The translations under genes were made by a program, and so were the position numbers. A model generated the notes under the pieces. The model saw only the letters and a program-made list of their open reading frames with translations, did not search any database and was not told the origin of the DNA. Below, piece after piece: positions 1 through 13,097 of a stretch of 64,000 nucleotides of DNA. The DNA is from Octopus sinensis (lineage: Eukaryota). Each line of letters opens with the position of its first letter. Position 1 is the stretch's first letter. The DNA is taken from NCBI RefSeq assembly GCF_006345805.1, contig NC_043000.1, positions 55,180,001-55,244,000 on the forward strand. The letters are read 5' to 3'.

Positions 1-1499
1 TATCTAGTTTAATTCTAAGTGCTTCATGTCAAAATAGAATCGTAATTTAATGAGCTATGTCGCTAAGTACAACTCAGTTAATAAAGGAAGACAGAATGAA
101 TTAACTAGAACTATATTAAAAAATCAGTATCTATTAAGAAAAGCAGTCTCCATTAAAATAATATTCTTCCGATTATTAGAAGAATTCAAATTAAGTAAAA
201 TTATATTCCTGGAAATGAATAAAATAATATAGTGACTAAAGCATGAATTTGGTATATGTCTGTTAGTAGATCTAGTATATTACATTTGTCCTATCCTATG
301 CTAAAAAAGGCGACAAAGAAGACAAAATTAAAACAGAGAGAACGTGAACCACATCCTGATAGAGAGAATGTCATTTCAACAGCTTTCTTACTCAATAGTT
401 CAAAACTAGTAGAGTAAACCTCTACATTTTTTTCTTTTACCAACTATCCAAAAAGCCTATGTACCTATTTCTCAGCATAGCCAAAGGTCACAGTAATGAG
501 GGAATGAAAGAGAAGAGCATGCCGCATCAGAAACCACAACAGTAATCCCGGTCTTCATGACCCTGGTCAGCAGCACAAGCAGCTGCGCCTCTTTGTCATG
601 TGAAAAGATGGGTGTGATGAATGTGTTCCTAAACTCTTGGCTTGAAAACAAAAGTGAGAATGAGAAAGAACTGTTTATAAAACCAAAAACGACGAAAAAT
701 GGTGAGGAAGGGTGCCCTCCTAGGAACAAAATTTATGCCCATCATCAGAATGACGATACTGACTAGGCGGAGAAGGAGAAGGCTATTGAATTTTATTGCA
801 TCACCCTTCGAAGATGGAACTAGATATGTAAAGCAGAACTCCAAATTTGCGGAGATTAATTCATTATCGAGAAGTAATTTATGACTGGAATTTTAAAAAC
901 AGTCGGAAAACATGACGCTTGTAAAAATGGAAGATGTATTAAACGAAGAAAAGCAGGCTTATGCAAAAGACAAGTCTCCTGAACCCACACAGAAAATGCT
1001 AACGAATACGTCTTGATACACGACAACGGAGTGTGAGCAATGACAGGCGAGGAAATATGAGAGATGTTCTAACTTTGCTTACCATTGATATTTGCGCATG
1101 TACGGTTAAACCCCATATATGTTTACCGTGTTTCTCTTAGGTATATATTAATCTGTCATTTCAGTTTACCACACTCTTTTATTTACTCAGCAAAATTATT
1201 TGCTTTCGCAATTTTAAAAATCCCTTCTACTTTCACTATATTACTTTCCCCTCACCTCTCGTCTTCACATAATTCACGCATCTGACACATTATGTTTCAC
1301 GTGCATTGACTATGTTGTACATGCATTGTAATTTAAGGTGTCAATTCAAGCCCTTATAGTTAATAAAGAACAGATATTTTAGCCACCAGCAATTATTTTT
1401 TTTACATGTTTTGGTCAGACTCACAACGGCAAATTGCTTTCACATCTATGGTGGGGCTATTTTTTCACAGGCTGATATATTACATGACTACCAGAAGAG

Positions 1500-1790
1500 G
1501 GACTTTGGCTAACTTAAACGGTTATTCACCACAAGGAGGTTCCTTTGCTAATAATGATCTCTAATCCCTGCAGCTGGTTGGGCTCATGCTATCTCCACAC
1601 AGACATTTGTATCCTAGTTCTACCTCTTCTGCTCACTACCTGTACTGTGCCAATCAACCATACTAATCACTACGGCAGGTCATTCCTTTCAACAGCCGCA
1701 TCCCTATGGAATTCTAAACCTGCTCATAACGTTCTTGAATGTTTTGTCATGATAATGTTTATGAGAATTGTATTTGGCTTCAGATTGACT
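1500..1790 (+). mobile_element. Decayed 3' end of a non-LTR retrotransposon (CR1/L2/Jockey-type ORF2 C-terminus)
   Basis: ORF 1545-1799 contains HTNHYGRSFLSTAASLWNS, matching the typical LINE ORF2 C-terminal motif RT..Y..SF..R....WNSLP. Confidence 0.6.
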
Positions 1791-2950
1791 GGTCTATGAT
1801 GATCTGTGAAGGTCATATTCCTATCATCTCCACCAGACACATCGGGTTCTCTCTCCACCCTTTTCTCTATATATAAATGTGTGTATGTGTGAGGGTGTTG
1901 GGGGGTGTAGATAGACATAAACATACCAATATACTATAAATTAATATTTTCAACGAGTATTAGTAAGGAATACGAAAGTGGACGTCATGTAAAAATTAAT
2001 GTTTGAAGTAGATATTATCTAGCAAATTTGCTAAAAGATTTTCTTGCTTTCAAAACTGAATTTAAAAAATCCAGAAATGAATAAATCACTATAAATTTCA
2101 TTTTCGTATTTTCTGTAGCGTAACGAATGAAGACAGACAGATTGTGAGAAAAATGTTGTTTGCTGAAAGATTATGACGAGTAGTAACTATAACTGTTATG
2201 AATTGATGTCATGGCTAAACTAGTATATATAATAGGTATATATAAGATATACCTATTGTCTTGAATTAAGTCTGCCTTGTCACATTTCTATATTTTCTTC
2301 GATTTTCCATCTAGAAGTATATAGAAAAATATCGTCCATTCATTCAAATTCATATCCAATCTTTTCAGTCTATATTTTCTTTGTGCTCAATTCGTAAATG
2401 TGATTCTTCTATATTCTTTACATTTATAGTTATTAATATGCATCAGTTGTTTGAAAATGAACCTGTAAATGCTTTCTATCCAGTTATGTTCCAGCTTCGG
2501 TGTTTATTTAATATCTCTAATATCTCTCTATCTTTGTAATATGTTCCTTTAAGTTAGAATATCTAGTCTGCAATTTATTGTTTTCATGCTTTATATTTAT
2601 TATCCAAGGAGTTGAATGAAGAAAAAATATGTCTTTTAATTCCATATGTTTGTTCGTTCCCTTTGGTATTCTCTTGGCAAGAAAATTCTGTATTTTATTG
2701 TTTCCGGATCGGTAGATATGCACTGCAGAGAGGAAGAATTTTATTTAGCTATTACTACATTATTCCTTTCAAATTGTACTTCTTTTTAAGAGCACATCAC
2801 TTATGCATAAAAGATGTGCATATATCATAAACCTGTTTCTGCTAGCATGATTTTCTATGTTTATGCGCCACTATGTCTATTTGTATTCTCTTTCTTATTC
2901 TATCTCACACACTCTCTCTTTCTCAAACATGTATATATATATATATATAT

Positions 2951-2983
<33 letters not shown>

Positions 2984-3119
2984 ATACATATATGTTTGTG
3001 TGTATGTGTGCATGTGTGCGTATGCGTATGTGCATTTATATATATATATATTATATATATATATACGCATATATATATATATATATGCATAAATATTTAT
3101 ATATTTTTATGCCGATATT

Positions 3120-3163
<44 letters not shown>

Positions 3164-4119
3164 GCATACATGTATATATGTATATATGTATGTATTTATG
3201 TATGTATATCACTGCATTATCTATAGATTTGGTTTTTATCGAATAATAGCATAAGTGGTTAGTTGTAAAATAAATTACACTCTGATACATAAGATTTTCA
3301 TCTAAACAGCATATTGCGTGATAGTCATATTTCTAAATATATAATAATAATATTCTACATACTTTTCTTACATTTAACAAGCGATTTGTGTGATCATGTG
3401 GGATACCTGAAAAACCTTGCTGAGTAACATCCGGAATGTTCACTTCCTTTCATTTTCCAATCTCACATGATGTCATATAAAAAAAAAACGTGTCTCTATG
3501 CAAACATACATTACTATATATCGATATAACAGATACTGAATTCATCTGATACAACTGACGTGCGTATCTCAACAACTTTTACTTTACATCGCCACAATAC
3601 AATTCCACTATTAAACAAACAAAAATCAAAATCCAAAACTTATATATGAGACAAGCTGCAGCTCAATGAGATCAAGAATTATGTGCCTTAACATATGTAC
3701 TATTATATATATTATTTATTGAATATGAAGGTAATATAAAAAGCAGCGTTATCTGTAGCAGATTTTTGTAATTTTTTTATGCCACGTTCCATTTGAATTT
3801 TTTTCCCCTTTTGAGCACGACACAGGCAAGCACAGATTCCCATCTAGTGAACTAAGCAAGTGTGAACCGCTATAAAAAGATACTGAAATCTTCGTAAAAA
3901 ATGTAGATATCAATTACAAGAAGAATCGTTGAGTAGTGATTGTAATATATAACGTTATTGTTTGTATTTCCATATTTGTGTGTGTCTGTATTTTGTAAAC
4001 ATCAGATCAATTCAAAAGGATACGGAAAAATAATATTGCAATCAGGAAAAGAAACAAGAGCTGATGAAAAGGGGGAGGTAAAGAGAAAGAGTTACAGGTA
4101 AGAAGAGTAATGGTATGTA

Positions 4120-4370
4120 ACAAAGAAGTGGTTACAACCGAGAACGGTGTGTGAAACTTCTGGCCTGCACCATTGAAGTTGCTCTGACTAGTCTGATCTT
4201 AGTAAACAGAATGACTTTTGCTGATGATAACTCTCTCGAGCATAACCGTGAAAAAAAGCTGAAGTGAGTAACACAAACCATGTCAGAATTGAAAGGAAAC
4301 ATGCAATGGTAAAGGCAGAGGCAAAGTTTGAGAGACGAAAGAGAAAAAATCAACGCTAAAAGCAAAAATC
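4120..4370 (+). mobile_element. Possible highly decayed reverse-transcriptase fragment (RTE-like)
   Basis: The plus strand gives ENGV*...PAPL, then MTFADDNSL...EKINAKSK, loosely like the GVRQG..LAP / FADD / KIN..KT motifs. Stops and frameshifts are present. Confidence 0.3.
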
Positions 4371-4564
4371 CAAGAAAAAAAGCAAGCAGAAGATATGTTT
4401 GGTGAGAAACTTCAGGCTTTTGATAACCACAACACCATAGCTTATGTTGCAATTCATTTATCATGTTAAAATACTGTTTAGTATTTAGCATTTAGTGTGA
4501 GTTGTTTATGTTGTTATTTCGCTCTAGATCATCCTTTATTGAGACGATATAAGATTAAATGTAT

Positions 4565-4773
4565 TCTTTTCTACTCTAGGCACCAGGCCCGAAATTTTCG
4601 GAGAGGGAGCCAATCGATTAGATCGACCCCAGTACGCAACAGGCACTTAATCTTTCGATCCCGAAAGGATGAAAGGCAATGTCGTCCTCGGCAGAATTTG
4701 AATTCAGAACTTAAGACAGACGAAATACCGCTAAGTACTTCGCGTGCTATCGTTTCTGCCAGCTAGCTGCCTT
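4565..4773 (-). mobile_element. tRNA-derived SINE, family A, near full length
   Basis: The reverse complement has a Pol III A-box-like head (AGCTGGCAGAA), a B-box-like GAATTCAAAT, the core GCCTTTCATCCTTTCGGGATCGA and the tail GGGCCTGGTGCCTAGAGTAG. About 20 homologs occur in the window. Confidence 0.85.
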
Positions 4774-6862
4774 GTAAGATTAAAAGTATTCCAATGCTGA
4801 CTATTCCAATACCAATGTGCCATGAGTTTTTTTGTATGATTATTAAGTGAGATTTATGAAGTGAGAGTATTTGGCACCTATTTCTACCATGTGAATTAAC
4901 TCTGTAAGAGGCTCTGCGTTTCTCGTCTTTAGCCGCGTTATAACAGTAATTTCGTTTCGGGCGTGTTCACACACAATATCTGTTTATTGCACTGGCTAAG
5001 CGGAACAGAATTTAAGGAGAGTCGATTCGGTTAATCCTAATGTACAACTGGTACATGTTTTGTCCTTGAACTTCTCCAAGAATCATTCTTTGCTCTAGAT
5101 AGAGATTCAGCTCAATACACATATGATTGACCATAAATATTTAACAATATTTTTGTACGGAATCCTACAAAATACGTGTATTATCACTCTCCTCATTCTT
5201 CAAAAGTATATAAATTTCAATATATTTATGCTTAGTGAATAACAGCTATGTTATACACAGGAAGCTGCGCAATTATTAGGCAAGAGTATAAAATACTTGC
5301 TGTTCAAGTAAAAATATTTTGCCAATTGAGATCAGATTTGATATGTTGATATATCATACACATAATCTTCTTAGGATCCTAGATTTACTCAGTGATATAT
5401 TAACTTCGGTGTTATTTCAAGTTAACTGTTAACTAAAAAATCAATAACAAGAAATCACTGCTAATAATTGATGCATGTTGACTTTAATGTGACTAATGCA
5501 AGAATGCAGACTTAAGTTGTATTATAACGCTATTCAAAGGTTGTTCCACGCTCGTTGGCTACTAATTTATTTTCATGTTCGGTTTAGTAAATTCTTTTCT
5601 CTGCAATATCAGGAGCGAACTACAGTCATCGCTTTCCATGTTAAAGTCAGAAATGCTTACACGGATAGAAACAGGTTTTCATTTATCTTATTGGTCTCTT
5701 ATATTTTAATTTCTCGTCTATCGAATCAAAATATGTCTATAATGTTTTATTTATGAGTATCTATTTTCTTTGCATGGCTCAATTTATGAAAAATTATTTA
5801 TAAGGTTTTAGTTTCTTTGTCACATACTAATATATAGGAAATTATAATAGCAAGTTCTTTTACGTATTCGTATATAATTTATATAAAATTTGGAGAACTA
5901 ATTACAGACCAGGCTGTGTTTTTATAGTAGAGCATCATCACAAAGCCTTGCAGGATTATGCAAACTTCCATGAGGTTTTGTGTTCAAATCCTGTCGGAAC
6001 CAACTTTGATCAAATATGTATCATTCAAGTATTTAGGTTGGTCACATATAAACTTACCTCATATGTATGTATCATTTCCTTTGTTAAAAATTATTATCAT
6101 ATTTTTTTGTGAAATTTTATTAAAAATGGTTCTGGCCAAAAGCATATTCCGTCTAGACAGTGAAAAATATAATTTGTACAAAAAATGAAGCACCACCTCA
6201 TCGGTGCCAATGTCAATTATGTGATACAGAATTAACTGACACACACACACGCACACACACATACGCGCGCGCACAGACATACGTATGTGAATGTATATTT
6301 GTGTGTATGTAAACATATATATGTGTGTGAGTGTATGTGTGCGTATATAAAAACCTACATATATAAACATATATATATAAACATTTATATAGATGTAAAT
6401 GTTATATAAGTGTGTGTATGTATGTAGATATATATATATATATATATTCATGTGTGTGCGTGTGTGTGGATTAATGTATGTATATCTGTATACCTAACTA
6501 TAGAACAAATTATCAATTTTATTACTTAAAAATCTTCAAAGCGAATAAGAAGAAACTTGGCACCTCACTTTTCTTGAATTTTTGTGCAATTTAACTGTTA
6601 ATGACTGCCTTACGGTAGGAATTAATCTGAGGTCATCTGACAATCATCATCATCACACTATTAATAATAATATTAATAATAACAATAATGATAAATAAAA
6701 ATAAAATGAAATAAGAAACAAAAAAAAGCTTTAATATCTACGACTACTGTGTGATTACTTATCTTTTCCTCTTTCCCTGAGTATTTAAAAATGTAAGCAT
6801 CATCCTCCTTTTTATTCTAAAAACACTACCATTTCTCATACAAAGACCATATTTAGGAAGTA

Positions 6863-7114
6863 GAAGAAGAAGAAGAAGAAGAAGAAGAAGAAGAAGAAGA
6901 AGAAGAAGAAGAAGAATACTTTCTGTTATAGGCACAAGGCCTTAATTTTGGCGTGTGGATAGTCGATTACATCGACCCAATTACACAACTTGTAATTTTA
7001 TTGATCGAAAGGATGAACGGCAAAGTCGACCTCTGAATTTGATCTCAGAACATAAAGACTGAAGAAATAGCGCTAAGCATTTTGCCCGGCGTGCTAATGA
7101 TTCTGCTAGCTCAC
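6863..7114 (-). mobile_element. SINE A copy with (TTC)n tail
   Basis: Homologous to 4565-4773; (GAA)n at 6863-6915 abuts its 3' end. Confidence 0.85.
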
Positions 7115-7261
7115 AATAACAATGGGAATGAGATGGAAATGGACAAGCAAAGAGAACAAGGTAGTGATGCAGTTCTATTTGGAAAGAGAACCCAAAGTAA
7201 TACGTTACAGGAAAAGAACGTAAGCAGCTCGGATACTTAGGAACGTATTTACTATCTAAGG

Positions 7262-7737
7262 TTAAATATTTAGCCCGGCGCCCTAACGATGATGCCAGCT
7301 CGTTGCCTTTTCTTTTTGTCGTAAGCACAAAGCCTAAATTTTTATGTTGAAGAAGTTGCCAGAAATTTATATCGACGTCAGTGCTCAACTGGTACTTATT
7401 CTACTGGCACCGAAAAGAAACTGAAAGTCGACCTCTACGGCATTTGAACTCAATGTAAAAAGTTGTAAGAAATGCAGCTAAACATTTTATCCAGTGAACA
7501 ACCGATTCCCACAGCTGACCGCCTGGATAACAATAGTAATAATAATAATAATAATAATCCATTCTACTATATGCACAAGGCTTGGATTTTTGAGGGGAGT
7601 GGGGTAATCAATCACATGGACCTCAGAACTTGACCAGAACTTTCATTGCGAAAGGATGAAAGGCAAAGTCAACCTCGGCGGAATTTGAACTCAGAAGCAT
7701 TCCGCCCGGCATGCTAACGATTCTGCCATCTAGCCGA
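7262..7737 (-). mobile_element. Cluster of SINE A: head fragment plus two decayed copies in tandem
   Basis: Recurrent GGCAAAGTCAACCTCGGCGGAATTTGAACTCAG and GCTAACGATTCTGCC motifs, separated by (AAT)n. Confidence 0.75.
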
Positions 7738-7789
7738 TGATGCAGAATGATAACTACAAATTCAATGGGAGTAGAAAAGTGTAAAAGGT

Positions 7790-7930
7790 AAAGACCCGCT
7801 TCGGTCATGAATGAACATGTGATTACACCTAGAAATATACCTCCAATGTACAAGTCTGGGCAAGGTTGTTTATGGAAGACCAACAGTCGGCCATGCATCC
7901 AAGCTCACCCTCTCCTTGCCATCGATGTGT
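7790..7930 (-). mobile_element. Interspersed repeat fragment, probably the 3' part of SINE family C
   Basis: AAAGACCCGCTTCGGTCATGAATG...GGGCAAGGTTGTTTATGGAAGACC resembles an octopus repeat that I recall as contiguous with the head at 9490-9620. The link rests on memory only. Confidence 0.4.
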
Positions 7931-8258
7931 ACGTATATATATATATATATATATAATTGATATAGGATAAAATTTTTTTCGGGAAAACCCCGAAATTGGA
8001 CCAATACGGTAATAACGAATTTTTTAGAGATTTCTATCGGTTTGTTTCGAGACGATAAATTTAATGGTTATCGACAATTTTTTTGTTTCGGCGTATCTGG
8101 CATTAGAATTTTTCTTCTGCCCTTATTTTGTAAATTATGTATAAATTTTACCTTTAAAGGCATTTTTTGATATGCTGGCCATTGATAAAATTTTTTTTCC
8201 CGATAAAAATGTTATCCTATATCAATTATATATATGTGTGTGTGTGTGTGTGTATATG

Positions 8259-8292
<34 letters not shown>

Positions 8293-8378
8293 ATATATAC
8301 ACACATACAAAAATTAAATAAGGAGACGAACGCTAGCGATGTTGTTAAACCATTTATATCTTGAGGTTTTCTCTATAT

Positions 8379-8448
8379 GTTTCGACGGATGCACTCCAAA
8401 AATGTCCAACAGGATACATTATGGTCAGCAACGCATCAGTCTCATCAG
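8379..8448 (-). ncRNA. Degenerate hammerhead-ribozyme-like motif (PLE pLTR type)
   Basis: Minus strand reads CTGATGA-GACTGATGC...GCATCCGTC-GAAAC-ATAT. Helix II pairs at 8 of 9 positions; no canonical NUH cleavage triplet follows. Confidence 0.45.
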
Positions 8449-8698
8449 CAAGGATAGAAATAATAAAAACATCAAGCAGACATGTTAACAGAAATAGAAA
8501 GGTCTATCAAAAGTAACGTATTTATATTCATATGCACACACGCCTATACACACTCACATATTTGACATGTAAATATATACATTAAATACATGCAAAAATC
8601 ACAAACCTATTCAAACACATTTACATATATATTCAAATACATACATACGTAGGCAGAAATATACTCACACACACACATATATATGTATATATGTATAA

Positions 8699-8725
8699 AT
8701 GATGATGATGATGATGATGATGATG

Positions 8726-8765
<40 letters not shown>

Positions 8766-8766
8766 C

Positions 8767-8830
<64 letters not shown>
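8699..8830 (+). repeat. (GAT)n(AAT)n microsatellite
   Basis: Direct reading; it produces the poly-D/N/M/I ORFs in the track. Confidence 0.98.
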
Positions 8831-9384
8831 GCCCTGATGCAGTACCAGGCAGTGGCTCTCATGGCTTCTGATCTTAACTGATTGGAAGTGTTATCATGTA
8901 CATTGTTTTGTTTTGGTATAAAAGATGGGCTACAGCAAACATTCTGCTCAATACCACAGATTTGCTTGTCAGTTGTTTGACCTTAACCAGTTGAGCATGT
9001 TCCTTAGTGGCTGACGATATGTGCATCTCTGATCACGAGCAGAAGTAGTGGGGGAGCATCATAGCCATGTGTTGAGAAGGATTCTTTGGGGTTTGGATAA
9101 TTCACCTCTGGAAACATAGGTGGTTCTTTCAACATCCTTAAACAACCCTTATTCAGGGACCGTTTGAGCGGGATGGGCTACTCAACCTGAAGAAAATTCT
9201 AACTGGGCCCCACCTGCAAGGTCATGTGCTGTTTACCTTGATATGAGATCACCATGTCGCGCACATATGGTTGTGATGCATGTGCCTTGTGTACCCTTAT
9301 CAGACGGGTAGTCATGATGGGTATATTGGACTTCGTATATTTTACCCCAGTGTCACTTTGATGGCATGAACTGCTCTCTCACTC
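8831..9384 (+). mobile_element. ~555-bp non-coding interspersed element (family D), flanked by (AAT)n on both sides
   Basis: A close inverted homolog lies at 30825-31355, and both copies sit inside AAT/ATT microsatellites. Strand is arbitrary. Confidence 0.85.
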
Positions 9385-9443
<59 letters not shown>

Positions 9444-9489
9444 TGGCGATGAAGATAATGATATTGCGGAATGAAAAGCACAAATTCAA

Positions 9490-9620
9490 TGAGTGAACTG
9501 GAGCAACGTGAAATAAAGTGTCTTCCTCAAGAACACAACACAGCCCTATTCGTCGGGAATCGAAATCACTACCTCACGATGGTAAGTCCGACGCTCTTAC
9601 TCCTAAGCGATATGCCTTCT
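9490..9620 (-). mobile_element. tRNA-derived SINE head, family C
   Basis: Minus strand: GGCATATCGCTTAGGAGTAAGAGCGTCGGAC...GATTTCGATTCCC (A/B-box-like), then TGTGTTCTTGAGGAAGACACTTTATTTCACGTTGCTCCAG. Confidence 0.65.
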
Positions 9621-9811
9621 ATGAGGAGTAGATAGGGACAGAGTAATTATGAAACCGGAACCTGGACAAAGTTAAATGTATTTAGGAGTCAACTTAGGTT
9701 AGTATAATTCATCACGCCAGCTTGGAAGAGAAAATATGGGAGTAATGCTACCGGAATGCTACTTTTGTCTCCAGAACAGAGCTCATCTTAAAGAATTCAA
9801 TACCTGTTAAC

Positions 9812-10372
9812 GATTCTTTTCTAATCTAGGCACAAGGCCCGAAATTTTTGGAGAGAGGACCAGTCGATTACATGACCCCCTATCGACCCTGAAAGGATAA
9901 AAGACAAGTCGACCTTGACGGAATTTGAACGTAACGACTGACGAAATACCGCAAGGCATTTCTCCCGGCGTGCTAACGATTCTGCCAGCTCACTGCTTTA
10001 ATAATCCTTTCTACAATCGGTGAATTGTGTTGGAGGATAGTCGATTATATCGATACCAGTACTCAGCTGATATTTATGTCATCGATCCCGAAGGGTAAAT
10101 TGCAGTCGATTAATCACCCCAGTACAGGTTCTAAATTTTCCGAAAAGAAGAAATGTTTAAGCACATCAATGCATCCATTTCTAAGTTACTCACACGCACA
10201 CATATATTTCTTTAGTACACACAAGGGGCTAAACACAGTTGGACAAACAAGGACAGACACCAGTGCGTAACTGGTACTTAATTTATCGACCCCAAAACGA
10301 TGAAAGGCAAAGTCGACCTCGGCGGAATTTGAACTCAGAACGTGCTAACGTTTCTGCCAGCTCGCCGCCCTT
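9812..10372 (-). mobile_element. Tandem SINE A cluster (2-3 copies, one with the alternative tail)
   Basis: Copies at ~9812-9998 and ~10190-10372 with partial tails between. The second has the CACAAGGGGCTAAACACAG tail also seen at 26600. Confidence 0.8.
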
Positions 10373-10986
10373 CACACGCACATATACATAACACATATAT
10401 GCTTGCGCGTGGGCACACGCACACACACATATACATGGATATGTATGTTTGTGCGTGTAGACATATAAGTATGTACCTGTATTTATGTTCATGTGTATAT
10501 GTGTATGCATTTGTTAGTGTGTGTAAGTATTTAACTCGATTTAATTCTAAAAGACTGCGTACAATGCTTCTATTAAAGTGTAGAGCAAGCAGTTGTCTGA
10601 GTAGAAAATATTCCTCTTCACCGTACTATTATAACAAATTGCAATAATGATTTATCATCGACTTAAACCTGAAGTGAAAATAAACGATAGTACATATACA
10701 CACTCGTAATCAACTGAAGACTATTTGAGGAGTTCAAAAAGTCATAATGTCATATTTTTATACTGATTCATCGACTAAATTTTGGCTTTCATTCAATATT
10801 TCACAATATCCTTTCAATCGTGATTTACAAGTGGCGTCATTTAAAATTTTAAGCTGTTTTAAACAGAAGACGCTTTAGTCAATCTTGTCTTTAATATGCA
10901 AGACATAGGCACGGATATAAAGATAGGTATAAACATTATAAGCGTGTGTACATTTAAAAGTATATTGGATAAGTATTAGGCATACA

Positions 10987-11072
10987 AAGAATAAATCTTG
11001 GAGTCGATTTGTTCGACTTAAGCGGTGCTCCAGCATGGCCGAAGTCAAATGACTGAAACAAATAAAAGAATA
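10987..11072 (+). mobile_element. SINE B 3' tail fragment
   Basis: GTCGATTTGTTCGACTTAAGCGGTGCTCCAGCATGGCCGAAGTCAAATGACTGAAACAA matches the tail of 31886-32273. Confidence 0.75.
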
Positions 11073-11177
11073 ACAGAATATTCACACACACATACATATA
11101 TATATCATATATGTACACATATACATATGCAAACACATACCCACACGCACACACACTCACACACAAACATATATATA

Positions 11178-11208
<31 letters not shown>

Positions 11209-11356
11209 ATACATATATACATATACACGTGCGTGTGTGTGCGCGTTTGTGTGTGTATGCGTATGTGTGTGTGCATGTGTATGTACAGAAATACATTAAA
11301 TTTTCTATCATGAAAAATACTCATTTAATAAATTAAAATTCATACACACCATCACA

Positions 11357-11995
11357 TGAGTATGGGCTAAAAAGTTCACGGACTGACTATGAAGGAATGA
11401 TGCTAGAGCTATGAAACTTGCGTTCATTAATTTCAGTTTTTATTTTTAATAACTGCATTCTTATCAGGTAGACATACATACGACTATTGAAAGAAGACAT
11501 CAAATATAACTAGTAGAGACTTATTTTGAAAATGGACAAAATCTAGTACCATGTTGTTATCAACGGGAAAAGGTTTTAATACCTAAGGATATTCATGTTG
11601 ACATGCTTCCTATATTAGGGTATGATATTCCAGCTTTATCAACAGCACAAAAGTGAGCAGCTGAATTTTAAACGGGAAGGGAGAGTGTAGGAGTCCTGCA
11701 GCTGCCATTACTGAGGAAAACATCGATCATGTTCACCACATGGTGAGGGATGACAGGCGATTGACCATAAATCGAATAGTCAATTCTATTGCCATGCGAG
11801 AGTGAGAATGTTCTGCAAAATGAACATGACATGGCGAAGTTTTCAGGTTGGTGGCTGCCACGTCTTCTGACACCGGATCTGATCAAAAGCGTAGCAGGAT
11901 GATCACACCTAATCTGATCAAAAGCGTACCAAGCAGATCACACCACGTGAAAACCTGATATTGTTTGAGGCAGATCTAACTTTCCTTGAAGTTTC
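11357..11995 (+). mobile_element. Mariner transposon 5' part (TIR plus decayed transposase N-terminus)
   Basis: TIR-like GGGCTAAAAAGTTCA. From the ATG at 11532 the frameshifted reading gives MDKI.YHVVI...PKDIHVDML...ITEENIDHVHHMVRDDRRLTINRI...GWWLPRLLTPD (HTH domain and the WVPRLL-type motif). Internal ~35-bp tandem duplication at 11877-11945. Confidence 0.9.
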
Positions 11996-13017
11996 CTAAA
12001 CCTGGATGGGTTTATCAAGGATATTTCTTAATCCTTCCGGTCTGAAGATGTAATAGTTGGCTTTTATGTAGAATTCTTTCTCAATGAGACATGTACCATA
12101 TTTACAGCTATTCTAGAAACAGCGGTAAGTGACTTGTGCATAAATTCTCTATATTTATTGATTCCTACAATGACCGATAAGAACACATTGGCTCGTAAAT
12201 TAAGCAATAGTACAGCTATAACTGGGATACTATTCAAATTACATTTAGCTGGATATGAAGGTAAATAAATAATTCAAAGTACAATTAGCAAGTACATTTA
12301 ATGAAGTATAAATGTAAAGTGTACATTTTGGGCGGGAAATAATGAAAATAGAAAATAATTTGTCGTGGAATTAATCATATTTTAATAAGAAACATTTCTC
12401 GTGGAATTAACTATATTTTGATCAGAAAAATCATGTTAGAAAAATTTTGAAGCAAAAGAGGGATCAGGTTTAAATGTTAAAAAATCGCGTGTGATGTATG
12501 AGAATGTCATTCCGTTGCGGTAATCAGGATTGGGTTGTTAGAGGTCACGATAATTTCCGAAGGATGTATTTGAATTACATGAAACAGATTTGATGAAAAA
12601 TCTTAGATATCATCGCCTTTGCTGACCCAGAAGTTTATATGATGTAGTGTATAGAACGGAGCAGTGGATTATCAATGACAATCTACTTTAAGGTGTCACA
12701 AATTCATAGAGTGACGTGCAGATATGATTCCATAATCCTAATCTGCGCTTCGCAATTCCATTGAGACTGAGAGACGTTTGAAGATGAAATGTAGAAACAT
12801 TTGAATGAAAGCGTGAGTAAAGATCGAAGACAACATTTCATTCGATATGTCACCTGGGTATTCAAATGAGATAATCTCTCATGTATTTTGATTATCCCAG
12901 CAATCTTAAATTCCTGGCAGGAGTTTTTCTTTCACTTCATCATTTACATGAACTGATTCGCTATCTGAATCGGCAGAACCAGAACACGTTTAATTTAATG
13001 TTAAGGTATTACGTATA

Positions 13018-13097
<80 letters not shown>

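Noticed and set aside
472-844. Minus-strand ORFs with a GPCR TM6/TM7 look (FINSSFSFSLLFSSQEFRNTF)
   Set aside because: The two segments are in different frames and too close together, there is no NPxxY-type motif or upstream helices, and hydrophobicity follows from the T-rich strand.
8665-8881. Poly-Asn, poly-Ile and poly-Met ORFs, plus the many YIYI/CVCV/HTHT/YLSI ORFs throughout the track
   Set aside because: They are translations of (AAT)n, (GAT)n, (TA)n, (CA)n, (TATG)n and (GATA)n microsatellites.
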